64,000 nucleotides of DNA, taken from NCBI GenBank assembly GCA_963774265.1, contig CAVZDU010000010.1, positions 160,001-224,000 of the forward strand, in the 5' to 3' direction. Source of the DNA: an uncultured Chloroflexia bacterium (GTDB taxonomy: Bacteria > Chloroflexota > Anaerolineae > CG2-30-64-16). Numbering within the stretch: the stretch's first letter is position 1; the number at the start of each line of letters is the position of its first letter. The notes below the pieces were generated by a model, which saw only the letters and a program-made list of their open reading frames with translations, did not search any database and was not told the DNA's origin. A program made the position numbers and the translations under genes. This document shows, piece after piece, positions 49,519 through 60,840 of this stretch.

Positions 49519-50278
49519 ATGGATCGGCGCGAGATTCTAGGCGCGCTGCCGGTGTTTGCCGGTTTATCTGATCGAGACTGGGACAAAGTCGCTCGATCTC
49601 TTCAGCGAGCGCCAGTATCAGAGAGATGACTACATCTTTCTGGAAGGCGAAGCGCCCGAGGCCCTCTACGTCGTCAAGACCGGCAAGGTCAAGGTGCTGC
49701 GCCACTCCACCGACGGCAAGGACGTCGTGCTGCGCGTGGCGAGCCCGGGCCAGATTGCTCGGCACGTGTCGGCGATGTTTGACGGCGGCGGCTATCCTGG
49801 CACGGCACAGGCGATCGAGGATTGCACGCTGCTGGTGATTGCCCGCAACGACTGCCTGACCCTGGTCACCCGTTACCCCGTCTTCGCGCTGACGGTGATC
49901 AACGACCTGGGTAACCGGCTGCGCAGCTCGGCCGAGCAGATCCGCAGCCTGGCGGTCGAGCGGGTCGAGCAGCGCATTGCGCGCGCCCTGCTCAAGCTGG
50001 GCCAGACTGCGGGTGCGGATACGCCCGATGGCCGGGTGATTGAGATGCCCCTGACCCGCCAGGATGTGGCAGACATGACCGGCACCACGGTCGAGACGGC
50101 GATCCGCGTGATGAGCAAGTTCCGCCGCGAAGAGCTGATCCGCACGCGTCGCGGCAAGGTCGTGCTGGTCGAACTCGACGCGCTGCAGGAAATCGCTGAG
50201 GCCGGGCTGAGATGCTCCGCCCGCTGTTTTGACACCCATCGCGCGCAGCAGTGTAGAATAACGATCACTTGCCGGTGA
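49519..50278 (+). CDS. Crp/Fnr family transcriptional regulator (frameshifted; true stop probably near 50210)
   Basis: cNMP domain IF.EGE....LYVV..GKVK and HTH LTRQDVADMTGTTVETAIR; the N-terminus MDRREIL..LPVF.GL is in another frame. Confidence 0.88.
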
Positions 50279-50752
50279 GCCGCCGCCTCGGGGCATGACC
50301 CGTCGGGGAGGAACTTCCCGACTCCTGTCCGCGGCGCCGCAAGGTGATCGTGGAAAGGCTGCCCCACGAAACAGCAAGTGGGGGCGCCCGATCGGTGACG
50401 GTCGGGTGACTACAACCGCAACAGAAAGCATACCCGCCGCTGGCCGCAGTGCCGCAAGGTGAGGGCTGAAACGGTGGGGTAAGAGCCCACCGGCGGTCGC
50501 AGCAATGCGGCCGGCCAGGCGAGCGTGCAGCCGGGAGCAAGGTGAGTGGGCCGGGCGTATGGGCGAACCCGTAGGGGCGACCCTGCGTGGTCACCCGGAC
50601 GTTTGGTCTCATCGCAGCGGCGCCGGTGAGGGCGGGTCACACCCGCCAGGCCAGGCGCAGCCACGCAGCGCAGCCGCACCCCGGAACGCTGCGTGAGATA
50701 GATGGCGGCAGGACCTACGGGTCGCACAGAATCGGGGGTATGATCCGGCAAG
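50268..50752 (+). ncRNA. rnpB: RNase P RNA
   Basis: P1 CTTGCCGG/CCGGCAAG; conserved blocks GAGGAA, ACAGAAA, TGAAACGGTGGGGTAAGAGCCCACCG, GGAGCAAG, AGATAGATG and ACAGAA. Confidence 0.92.
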
Positions 50753-50773
50753 CGTGTCAGCTTTGCTGACCTG

Positions 50774-50855
50774 GCCGACGTGGCGGAATGGCAGACGCTG
50801 CAGACTTAGGATCTGCTGCCCCTAGGTCGTGGGGGTTCAAATCCCCCCGTCGGCA
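50774..50855 (+). tRNA. tRNA-Leu(TAG)
   Basis: GCCGACG/CGTCGGC acceptor stem, loop CTTAGGA, long variable arm. Confidence 0.95.
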
Positions 50856-50874
50856 TCGATGTCAGACACGAGAA

Positions 50875-51196
50875 CATGAGTCATCCCGATTTTTGGTGAT
50901 GGCGAGAGAGATGGGAGAGACCTCCTGACGTAGACTGTGCTTATCACAGCCAGACTACCGAAGGGGGTCTCTCTTATGTTGCAAGATACAACGAGCGAGG
51001 CTGCAAAGCAAGCTTCAGCGAGCATGTCTTTGGCGTTGGGCGGGCGGCTAGAGGTGTTCTTGGCCCCCCTCCTGACGTACCTGGATGGCCGTCTGGACAA
51101 GCGACTGGTGCGCACCCTGGCGCAGTTGGTGCAGGTCATCATCGAGTTTCATCATGCCAGCTATGCCCTACCGAAAGAAATTCGGGATGACTCATG
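50875..51196 (+). mobile_element. Internally deleted IS (IS4-like), MITE-like, 322 bp
   Basis: Perfect 15-bp TIRs CATGAGTCATCCCGA / TCGGGATGACTCATG enclose a transposase-like N-terminal stub (LDGRLDKRLVRT); no TSD seen. Confidence 0.75.
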
Positions 51197-51203
51197 TCCA
51201 ACT

Positions 51204-52707
51204 TCACTCCGCCAACACCGCCGTAAACGAGAGCGGCGGCAGTTCGAGCGTGAACCGGCCGTCGGCGATGGGGCCGCCGGGAAGCTGTGCCGGCAGGACG
51301 GCGTTCGGCTTCTCCCAGGTGTTTTCGGCCTTCACGCCGGCAGCCGTAAGCCGGTGTACGGCGCTGACCACAGCGGGTGCGCCGTCCTGCCAGATCAGGT
51401 CGGTGACGACCGTATCGGTCTGGCTGCGGTTGACGATGAAGACGGCTTGCTTGCCCGTCTCGGGGTCGTGGCTGGCGGCTACATCGAGCAGCGGCACATC
51501 GCCGTATTGCTTGGTCTCGTACTTCGGCGCGCGCACCAGCACGTCCAGCGAGTTGCCGCGGGCGTTGTTGCTGACCATGGCAAACGGGTAGAACGAGGTA
51601 TGCTTGAGCAGCCCGTCCTTGCGGGTGTGGATGAACGAGATGATGTTGACGATCTGCGCAATGCAGGCGATCTTCAGCACATCGCACTTGCGCAGGAAGA
51701 CGTTGAGCCACTGGGCCACGACCAGCGCGTCTTCCAGGTTGTAGGGCTCCTCGGCCAGGTGCGGCGCTTCCTTCCACTGCCCGTCGTTGGTCGCCTGGGT
51801 ACCACACCTGCCACTCGTCCCACGACAGGTAGACGTCATGCTTGCTGCGGGTCTTGGCCTTCACGTAGCGCAGCGTGCCCGCCATCGTGTCCACGAAGTG
51901 CTCGAAGCGCTTCGCCGTCGCCAGGTAGCTGGGCGTGTCCTTCTCGTCGTGGTTGCTGACGTACATGTGGATGGAGAGATAATCCACCTGCTCCCAGCAG
52001 TGCTCCAGCGCCGACGCGATCCCACTCCGGGAAGGTGGGCATCCGGTCGTTGGAGGAGCCGCAGAGGACGGTCTGGATGGACGGGTCTTGCCAGCGCATC
52101 ATCTTGGCGGCTTCGCGCGCCTTCTTGGCGTAGTCGCGCAGTCGAGGTGGCCGATCTGCCAGGGGCCGTCCATCTCGTTGCCCAGGCACCAGTACTTGAC
52201 GTCGTAGGGATCGGCATGGCCGTTGGCTGCGCGCAGATCGGCATAGTAGGTGCCGACGGGCGCGTTGCAGTATTCCACCAGGTCGGCGGCTGCCTGGATG
52301 GTGCCGGTGCCCAGGTTGACGCCCAGCATGGGCTGCGTGTTCACCTTCTTGGCAGAACCGCATGAACTCGTCGGTGCCGAACTGGTTGGTCTCGATGGAG
52401 AACCAGGCCAGTTCGCGCCGCGGGGGCGCTTTTCCTTGGGGCCGACGCCGTCCAGCCAGTTGTAGCCGCTCAGGAAGTTGCCGCCCGGATAGCGGATGAC
52501 CGTGTGATTCAGCTCGCGCAGGGCGTCCAGCACATCGGTGCGCAGGCCGTCTTCGTCGGCGAAGGGCGAGTCGGGCTCGTAGATGCCCTCGTAGATGCAG
52601 CGGCCCATGTGTTCGGCGAAGCCGCCGAAGATCAGCGGCGAGATCTCGCCGATCGTGCGGTTGGTGTCGAGAAGGAGTTGCGCAGACAGATCAGACATGG
52701 TGTTCAC
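51204..52707 (-). CDS. abfA: Alpha-L-arabinofuranosidase GH51 (frameshifted)
   Basis: [53 protein letters not shown] and AQIVN. Confidence 0.92.
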
Positions 52708-52839
52708 CTCTGACTATGGAGTGAGAAAGGAACGGTCAACACAACGGCATGGGGGATGCTTGTCAGAGGCCACGGGTGTTCCCTGAGGACTGTCTTGAGA
52801 CTTTCCTTCGAATCCCCATCATTAGCCGGGTGAAACTGC

Positions 52840-53859
52840 TTATTTCGGGACCGCTGGGGCAGCCTGCCCACCGTCCTCAGTGTACAGATGGCACTTCACT
52901 GTTTGCCGATTAACCAGCACGTCAGGGGGATCAACCGTGCGGCAAATATCCATCACCTGCGGGCAGCGGCCTGCAAATTTGCATCCCACCCGGCCGTATT
53001 CTTTCACCTCCGTCGTTCCGAGAGAAATATGCCTGGCCCATGCCTCTCTGTCTTTGGGGGCGGGTTCAGGGACTGACTCGATGAGGAGCTTCGTATAGGG
53101 ATGGAAAGGCCGGTTCAGAACATCATCAACTGGTCCGGATTCGACGATATACCCGCGCAGCATGATCCCGATTCGGTCACTGATGTAGTAAGCCGTTGCC
53201 AGGTCATGGGTGATGTAAATGATGCTCACATTCTGTTTGTCCCGAAGCTCACGGAACAGGTTGACGATTTCCATGCGTAACGAGGCATCGACCATCGAGA
53301 CAGGCTCGTCGGCAAGGATCAGTTTAGGCTGGGAGATGAGTGCCCGCGCGACCGAGACACGCTGGGTCTGTCCACCGGAAAGCTCGTGAGGATACCGGTT
53401 GCTCACTTCTTCCAACGATAATCCCACGGCTTGTAACGCTTCATCGACAACCTCGCCGGCAGCCCGGCGGTCAGGCGCCATTCCGAAGTTCAACGCGGTA
53501 TCAAACAGGTAAGCATCCACCTTGCGGAGGGGGCTGAAGGTTTCGAACGGGTTCTGGAAAACCGGTTGGACCTTCTTCATGAACTCCTTGAACTCAGATC
53601 GCTTGCGGATTGTTGACAGATCGCGCCCTTCGAAAAATACTTTACCCCGCGTCGGCTGAAGATCATTCAAGAGCAAGCGAGAGAGGGTGGTCTTGCCGCT
53701 ACCACTTTCACCCGCCAGGGTGAAAATCTCCGGTCGATCCTTTTCCAGCGAGAAGGAAATATCATTGACAGCCACCAGACGGGAACCGCCCATGAGGTCG
53801 CCAATGTGGAATTCGACGGTTACGTGTTGGACATCCAGCAATTTACCGGTTGCGCTCAT
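52840..53859 (-). CDS. Opp/Dpp-family ABC ATPase (F-type)
   Basis: [26 protein letters not shown] and a C-terminal Cys motif. Confidence 0.93.
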   Translation of the reverse strand: MSATGKLLDVQHVTVEFHIGDLMGGSRLVAVNDISFSLEKDRPEIFTLAGESGSGKTTLSRLLLNDLQPTRGKVFFEGRDLSTIRKRSEFKEFMKKVQPVFQNPFETFSPLRKVDAYLFDTALNFGMAPDRRAAGEVVDEALQAVGLSLEEVSNRYPHELSGGQTQRVSVARALISQPKLILADEPVSMVDASLRMEIVNLFRELRDKQNVSIIYITHDLATAYYISDRIGIMLRGYIVESGPVDDVLNRPFHPYTKLLIESVPEPAPKDREAWARHISLGTTEVKEYGRVGCKFAGRCPQVMDICRTVDPPDVLVNRQTVKCHLYTEDGGQAAPAVPK

Positions 53860-54849
53860 AGAGAGCTGTCCTTCATCAGGTGGCAGGCCACGCGATGACG
53901 TACTTTGACCGGGACCAAATCGGGTACTTCGGTCCGGCAGACCTCCATCACATAGGGGCACCGTGTGTGGAACCGGCAGCCGCTCGGAGGGTTGGCAAGG
54001 TTTGGCGGTGTGCCCTTAAGACTGGCTTTGTTCGATCTTTCACCGATCATCGGCAGCGAGCGGATCAGGTGCTGGGTGTAGGGATGGAGCGGTGCATTGA
54101 AAATACTCTCGGTTGGCGCCTCCTCAGCAATGCGGCCTGCGTACATGATCATCACCCGGTCGGCAACGTTGGCATGCACAGCCATATCATGGGTCACCAG
54201 GAGCACCGTATTGCTGCTCATCGACTGGATATCCTTAAGCATCTGCAGGACTCCACGCTGAACAACCACATCCAGCGCTGTGGTGGGCTCGTCAGCCAAA
54301 ATCAACCTGGGTTGGAACACAGTCGCCAGGGCAATAGCCACCCGCTGTCTCATGCCGCCCGAAAGCTGGTGCGGGTAGGAGTTGAGGATTTCGGTCGGGA
54401 GTCCCAGACGGTTGACGTGAGCGGTTGCCTCTTCCAGGAATTTCTTCTTATCGGTGATTGGTTCGTGCGTATCAACGACATCCTCGAAGGTTTTGATGAT
54501 CTTGCGCACCGGATTGAGAACGCTCATTGACCCCTGCATCACGTACGAAATTTCCTTCCAGCGCACGTTGCGCCGCAACTCGTCTTTAGAAACGTGCAGC
54601 ATGTCAACGGCATAGGATTCAAACTGGTAGTCGACGCTTCCCGAATTGACTTTCAGGGGAGGTTTGATATTACCCGAGATCACCTTGATCAGGGTTGTCT
54701 TTGCCACAGCTCGACTCGCCAGCCACGCCGTAAATCTCATTCGGGTACAGCTCAAAAGAGACTCCGTCAACTGCCCGCACGGTCCGGGAGATACCGTACA
54801 GTTCAGTCTGATAATACGCACAGAGGTTTTTTACACTTAGTAGTGCCAT
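53856..54849 (-). CDS. Opp/Dpp-family ABC ATPase (D-type; frameshifted N-terminus)
   Basis: [21 protein letters not shown] and GCRFH.RC. Confidence 0.9.
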
Positions 54850-54852
54850 AGT

Positions 54853-55710
54853 TCATCCACCCATCAAGCGCAAACGCGTCCGCGGGTCAATGTAATCATT
54901 GATGCTTGTGAAGAGCAGATACAGACCGAGGCACAGAATGATAGCCATCAATGTCGGCGCCGCGATCCACCACCAGACTCCTGCCACCAGTGCCCCGTGC
55001 TGATTAGCCCAGAAGAGTGCGGTTCCGAGGGAAGGGGTGGTCAGATCCGAAAGCCCAAGAATGCTTAATGTGACCTCAAAGCCAATCGCCCACAGGATGT
55101 TGTTAATGGTGGTGGCGAGCACAATCGGCATCACGAAGGGAAGATGTTCTCGGATCGTGATCCAAAATGAACTGGTTCCGGAGTAGATGGCGGTGCGAGT
55201 AAACGAGCGCTCCCTCAAGCTCAATACCTGGGAACGAATCAGGCGGGCATCATATGGCCAGCCAAACAATCCCAGGATAAACCCCAGTAAGAACTGGTTC
55301 ATGATGTCACGCAGCAAGAAACCCAGCAGGATCAGAATGGGGAGCAGGGGTATCACCACGAAGGTGTCATTGACCGACATCAGAAACCTGTCAAGCCATC
55401 CGCCCTGGTAACCGGCGGCGAGACCGACCAGGATGGCGATCACGCGCGAGACCGACGCCGCGATCACCCCCAACAAAAACGAATTTCTCAAGGCATAGGT
55501 CATCCACCAGAAGATATCCTGCCCCCGGGAGTCGGTGCCGAAGATGTGCTCAAGCGATGGGGGCTGATCCATTGCCACGACAAACGACTTGTTTGGATTA
55601 TACGGGGAGAAAAAGGACAGGATAATCATCACTGCCACCGCTGCCAGGAAAATAAAGGCAATCCGGAAGCGGCTGTCGTATTTGAGCAGATCGCGTATCA
55701 CTTTGAGCAT
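54853..55710 (-). CDS. Opp/Dpp-family ABC permease (C-type)
   Basis: [16 protein letters not shown] and [13 protein letters not shown]. Confidence 0.9.
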   Translation of the reverse strand: MLKVIRDLLKYDSRFRIAFIFLAAVAVMIILSFFSPYNPNKSFVVAMDQPPSLEHIFGTDSRGQDIFWWMTYALRNSFLLGVIAASVSRVIAILVGLAAGYQGGWLDRFLMSVNDTFVVIPLLPILILLGFLLRDIMNQFLLGFILGLFGWPYDARLIRSQVLSLRERSFTRTAIYSGTSSFWITIREHLPFVMPIVLATTINNILWAIGFEVTLSILGLSDLTTPSLGTALFWANQHGALVAGVWWWIAAPTLMAIILCLGLYLLFTSINDYIDPRTRLRLMGG

Positions 55711-55721
55711 AAGCTGTCCTC

Positions 55722-56751
55722 TTACTGGTATCGCACTCGTGGATCGAACAGCGGGTAAATTAAATCCATGATAAAAATGGCCACAGCTACACCGACGATC
55801 GAGTAAATGGCGATACCCATGATCATGGAATAATCGTTCCTGAGGACTGCCGCCATGGTCAGCATGCCAAGCCCCGGGAAACCAAAGACAACCTCCATGA
55901 TGAGGGCGCCGCTGAAGACCGTCCCAAGCGACATGGCCAGCCCGGTGAGCTGTGGCAGCAGGCCGTTGCGCATGATATATTGCGTGAGAATCTTGCTTTC
56001 CTTCATACCAGTGGTTTCGGCATAGACCACATAATCCTCTGAGATGATATTGGACGTAAGGGATTTCATACCGATAAACCAGCCACCAAACCCGATCAGC
56101 ACCAGGGTAGTTGCCGGGAGTATGGAATGCTGCAGGTAGATCAAGGCGAAGCTCAAGTGTCCAGCTAGGATGAGTCCCGACCGGATAAGCCCCGCTGAAG
56201 GGCAAGATCGGAATGAAGAAAGCAAACACCACCAGCAGGACCATGGCCACAATGTAGTATGGAATAGGCCGGACCGCTTGGCTCGATATTTCGATCACGC
56301 CCAAGGCTTTGTTTTTAGGATAGTAGCTGGACAGGGCGCCGAACAGGTTGCCAAAAACCCACGAAATGAGCACCGCAGTGATCAACAGGCTGAGCGTATA
56401 CGGCATCGCCTGGCCAATCATCTGGGACACCGGAGTCGGGAAATTGGCGAGCGAAGGGCCGAGGTCACCCCGGAGCAAGCGACTCCAAAACGCGAAATAC
56501 TGCTGGACCGGACCGCCAGACAGGCCGTACAGATCTGTCAGAGCGGCGCGCATTGAGGCGATGGATTGGGGATCGAGGGATTCACCCCTCGCCATCATCA
56601 TCGATATCTGCGCTTCTACCGGATCCGTGGGAGAGAGCCGGGGAATGACGAAGGTGACCGTGATCCCAATAAAAATGATCGTTAAGAACTGAAGGAAGCG
56701 CGGAATTAGATAACGGAGTATGAACTTCCGCATTTGGACTACCTCCAACAT
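55722..56751 (-). CDS. Opp/Dpp-family ABC permease (B-type; frameshift near 56150)
   Basis: [32 protein letters not shown] and EVVF.FPGLG. Confidence 0.9.
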
Positions 56752-56889
56752 GAAACCCCCCCACAGTGGCTGCCGTTTCGGTATCCACCGTGGAGGGGGT
56801 TGATGTTGCTACTGCTTTCTTATCTCGATCATCGCGTTCAACTCATTGGCACCAGCCCAATGAGCAACGCAACCTGTGCAGCGGCGAGG

Positions 56890-58882
56890 TTATGCCTTCT
56901 TCGGTTTGATCTTGACGTACATGTACTTGGTGTTACCCCAGTTCGGCACTGGATCCGTGTAGGGATCATCCACAGATGGATACCCGGTGAAGTAGGTGGT
57001 GTCCATGGTCGTGAAGACGTTGTACGCCATGATGCGGGGTAATCGGCATCTCCTGCGCGGCGAGCTTGCAGTACTGCAGCCCCAGCTCGACGCCCTTGGG
57101 ATCGTCGAAGGAGATCTTCTGGATGCTTTCGATGATCTGGTCGAGCTCGGGGTTCTTCCAGCGCATGCTGTTGGTGCCGGCAGCGGGTTGGCCGCTCGGT
57201 ACGTAGAACTTTGAGTGCCAGGACTGGAGGAAGAAGAACAGGTCGGGGTCGCCACCCCAGGTCTCGATCGTCCAGGCAAAGCTGGCGCTGTATTCGCCGC
57301 TGCTCATGATGGGCCAGAGATTGGCCTGCGCGTCGAGGGTGGCGTCGATGCCGAAAGCCTTCCAGTTCTCGACGACCGCGGCGGCAGCCCGGTTCATGGT
57401 CGGGTTGCTTTCGCCCAGGCCCATCAGCGGCACCTTGAAGGCGGAGCCGTCTGGGAGCTGCCATTTACCGTCGCCGCCTTTCTTCATGCCGGCATCCAGC
57501 ATCAGCTGTTCGGCCGCTTTGAGATCGTTTTTCCACCAGCCGGCTCCAATGTATTTCTTGATGGTGTCGGCATCGGTTGGAACCAGGTCGCCCAGGCTCT
57601 GACGGGCTAGATCGGCAATCCGTTGGGCGGCGGTTGGATCGTAGGGCTTGTAGTCTTGCCCGCCAACCTTGATGGAGAAGTCATTCAACCAGGGTTCCAG
57701 CGGCGTGTGATAGTACTTGGGGTACATCCCGGTCGGCGGGACGTGGATGGCGGAGATGGTTGCCGCGCCTTTGTAGGAGGCCAGGGCCACCTGGGCGATA
57801 TCAATCGCCAGGGTCAGCGCCCAGCGGACTTCCTTCTTGTCCAGGCCGGGTTTTTCGTTGTTGTAGATGACCGCCGGCAGGGTGGGATCCGGATGCGCCC
57901 AGGGGAACGATTTGAACCAGCCGACCGAGGTTGGGTTGTTCTTGGCCAGGGTGATGCGGCCTTCGGGGGTGCAGTCGTGGATCACATCCAGCTGGTGCGC
58001 CGTTTGGGCGATAACGCGCTTATCGCTTGGGCCGGGGTCGATGTACATGGCGTACTTGACACCCACGTCGCCCAGCAGGGCGACCGAGGTCCGCTTCCAG
58101 TCTTCGCGGCGCTGCCACAGGTACCATTTGCCGTTTGGATCAAAGTCCTTGAGCGTGTAGGCACCCAGGCTGACCGGCGGGTTGAACTTGAACGCCACCG
58201 GGTCTCTCTCCTTTTCAAAAATGTGCTTGGGCATCATGTAGGTGGCGCCCCAGCGCACGGTGAAGGCCGAGTGGAAGCGCGAGTTGGGGGCCTTCAGGTG
58301 GAAGATGACCGTGTATTTGTCGGGCTGTTCCAGCTTGTCAATATTGCCATTGAACAGGCCATTATTGGACAGCCCTTTGTTCTTCATAGCGACGTCGACT
58401 GTGTAGTACAAGTCATCCGCCGTGAACTCCACGCCATCGCTCCAGTAGAGACCCTGGCGGAGTTTGACGGTCATCTGGGTGTAGTCGGCATTGTAGATCG
58501 GCTTCTCGGCTGCCAGGGCATTATCCCATACGCCCTTGACGCCCGCATCCGGGTCGATGTACCACAGCGCATCCAGGGCCAGTTGCTGGAGGCCACATAC
58601 CCAGCTGCCGCTGTAGCCGCTCCGCCAGCGGTTGAAGTCATCTGCCGGTTGCACAGTCCCTGATGGGTTCTCCAGGATTAGGCACTCATCTCTGGGCACA
58701 CCCGGCTGGATTTCCTCTACGGCGGCGGCTGGCTGAGCAGCCGGTGCCTTGGTCGCTTCACCGCTTGGTGCCGGCGCTTGAGGGGTAGTCGGACCTACGC
58801 ACGCCGTCACGGCGCTGGCCGCAGCGAGTGCGGCAGCTTGCTTCAGGAACGCGCGTCTCGAGATCATCGTGTGTTTTTTCAC
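56890..58882 (-). CDS. Family-5 solute-binding lipoprotein (Tat signal), likely oligosaccharide-binding
   Basis: SRRAFLK Tat motif plus lipobox TAC; LRQGLYWSDG..FTADD; 3' frameshift. Confidence 0.9.
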
Positions 58883-59359
58883 TTCTTCCTCCAGTTTCGG
58901 CATTGAAGAGAGAGAAATGGAATCCAACTTACCAATGATATCCTAGCACCGCCGATGTACGATTGTCAAATTGCCTGACGACTGGCGCAATGCGTAATGG
59001 CCCGCTGTCGATCCGCAATCAGGGCGGAACCGGATGTTTGGGATCCTCCTTGCCACGCCAAATGCGCTTGCGGCCGGCCGTCGAGCCCTGCACTGCGCAA
59101 TGGGGCGCCACAGCCTTCATTCCCAGGCACCGGCTGCTTCCAGCAAACAGCTTGGCCGATTTCGAGTGCTGCGAGCTTGCCCACCGGTATGCTGGTGCTG
59201 ATGGGGACCGCGTCTCGGCGGTCAGCCACGCGGCTGATCCCTGGTTTGCAGGTATCGTCTGGATGGATATAATGGTGGGCGACAGATTCAGCGCGCAAGC
59301 GGCGCGCAGCGGGGAAGTCTGTGGGACATAATCAGCCTTTTTGTCGATATCGGGTCGTA

Positions 59360-59414
59360 CAGACTTAGGATCTGCTGCCCCCTGGGCGTGGGGGTTCAAA
59401 TCCCCCCGTCGGCA
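59360..59414 (+). repeat. Duplicated tRNA-Leu 3' half (att site)
   Basis: CAGACTTAGGATCTGCTGCCCCCTGGGCGTGGGGGTTCAAATCCCCCCGTCGGCA; differs from the intact gene only in the variable arm. Confidence 0.9.
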
Positions 59415-59427
59415 CTTTTAGTTTCTT

Positions 59428-59499
59428 GGGCCCGTGGCCTAGCGGGAAGGCGTCTCCCTTGCACGGAGAAGATCGCCGGTTCGAATCCGGCCGGGTCCA
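59428..59499 (+). tRNA. tRNA-Ala(TGC)
   Basis: Loop CTTGCAC and the G3:U70 identity pair (GGGCCCG/CGGGTCC). Confidence 0.93.
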
Positions 59500-59511
59500 C
59501 TGCGCATCCAC

Positions 59512-60339
59512 CTACCGCCGATACCACTGTCCCATCGCTGTTAGCTCCGTGCTTGTCGGTCCGGCAAACAGCGACGGATTGGTCCCCGGGTCGGTATGCG
59601 GCCAGTACGGCTCTCCGCCCCGAATGTAGGACGTCCACGGGGCGTACCGCTTCACCAACGGTTCAGCCTCCATCCAGGCGACGAACTCGCGCGCCTGCGC
59701 CTCCGCATTGGGCGCCCACTTCGGCAAATAAGAGAATTCGGTCACCCAGATTTGGCTCACCCCCCACGCTCGCGCCCATCCTGCATACTTCTGCCCCAAG
59801 GCGATACACCCGCCTGGTTCCGGGATGTAGCAGTGCATCGCCAGGCCGTCCAACCTGGGCCATCGCCCATACGCGGCCCTGTACGCCTCCCGGAAGCGCA
59901 CTAACCATTCCGGGTTTTGATGGCTTGGCTGTGGGGATACCAACAACTTATCGGGGAACGCAAGCTCGATCTTGCGCCAGACCTGTGCGCCCTCCTCTGG
60001 CGTCAGGTTTGACCCCCCGCTCATATCGGGTTCGTTCATCCCCAACAGGTACGCCGAGTTGCCGCCGACCTTCTGGGGCACATCCCTGCCAAATATCATC
60101 GGCACCGCTTCGACGCCCCAGGCGCTCTCAGGCGACGAGCCAAAGTTGTGATACCAACTGCCGCCCAATGCCTTGACTTGTGCTGGTGTTGCACCGGCGA
60201 TCCCCAGCTTCTGAGGGGCGGGGGCGCTGGCTCTCTCCAACAAAGGCACCCATACCTTTCCCGGTCCCCCGGCTGTAACGCTGTTGAGGACTAGCGCCAG
60301 CATGACGGCCAGCCAACTTAACCATCCACTCGCTATCAT
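59512..60339 (-). CDS. Secreted glycoside hydrolase (GH128/Glyco_hydro_cc-like)
   Basis: Signal peptide, LLGMNEPD, LAMHCY, IWVTEF and VKRYAPW. Confidence 0.8.
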   Translation of the reverse strand: MIASGWLSWLAVMLALVLNSVTAGGPGKVWVPLLERASAPAPQKLGIAGATPAQVKALGGSWYHNFGSSPESAWGVEAVPMIFGRDVPQKVGGNSAYLLGMNEPDMSGGSNLTPEEGAQVWRKIELAFPDKLLVSPQPSHQNPEWLVRFREAYRAAYGRWPRLDGLAMHCYIPEPGGCIALGQKYAGWARAWGVSQIWVTEFSYLPKWAPNAEAQAREFVAWMEAEPLVKRYAPWTSYIRGGEPYWPHTDPGTNPSLFAGPTSTELTAMGQWYRR

Positions 60340-60803
60340 TGGTTCTTCTTTGCCTCCGTTCTCGGAAGCCGTCAGGCTTCCATTTTCAGCACCACATTAC
60401 ACAACGTACAAGGTTGCGGATAATTACGCTAACTTCCACTGTTCGTGGTGACGTAATACACAAATTGTATGGAGCCACCTGAGATGAGAACGTCGAGCGT
60501 GGCGCGTCTGAGCAGGGGATTTGATCCTCGATCTCCTCCGCCGAAAGCACAAGCCGGTGGAGAACCTGTTTTGGATCGAGTGCATCCTGCGGCGGATGGT
60601 GAAATCCGTCGCCAGAAGGTCTTTACTATAAGGGTTTTCTGTGCGATAATCGATGGCGAGGGGATGGACTATGGCGACACGCACGGTTCGCGTCGTAGTC
60701 TCATCGCAGCCAAGGCTCATTCGTCAAGGACATCGACAACAGGTACAAGCGCTGGTTGCCCGTGAGGGATGCGTCGTGCCGGTTTTCGGGTTGCCCCGTA
60801 CTT

Positions 60804-60840
60804 ACCCCGGAAGGCTTCCAGGACCTTCCGGGGTTTTCTG
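60804..60840 (+). terminator. Intrinsic terminator
   Basis: ACCCCGGAAGG...CCTTCCGGGGT followed by TTTCTG. Confidence 0.7.

Larger units (their letters stand above)
50801..59414. mobile_element. Genomic island in tRNA-Leu carrying GH51 and an oligosaccharide ABC transporter
   Basis: The 55-bp tRNA-Leu 3' half (from the anticodon stem) is repeated at 59360-59414; the island separates tRNA-Leu from tRNA-Ala. Confidence 0.82.

Noticed and set aside
54853-56751. 632-aa fused double permease
   Set aside because: Artefact of a frameshift near 56150; dppB and dppC have separate stop and start codons (55722 and 55710).
59360-59414. Additional tRNA-Leu gene
   Set aside because: Lacks the 5' acceptor strand and D-arm; it is an att duplication.
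60500-60620. Possible riboswitch (hairpins GGCGGATGGTGAAATCCGTCGCC etc.)
   Set aside because: No recognisable aptamer consensus; cannot be supported without a covariance search.
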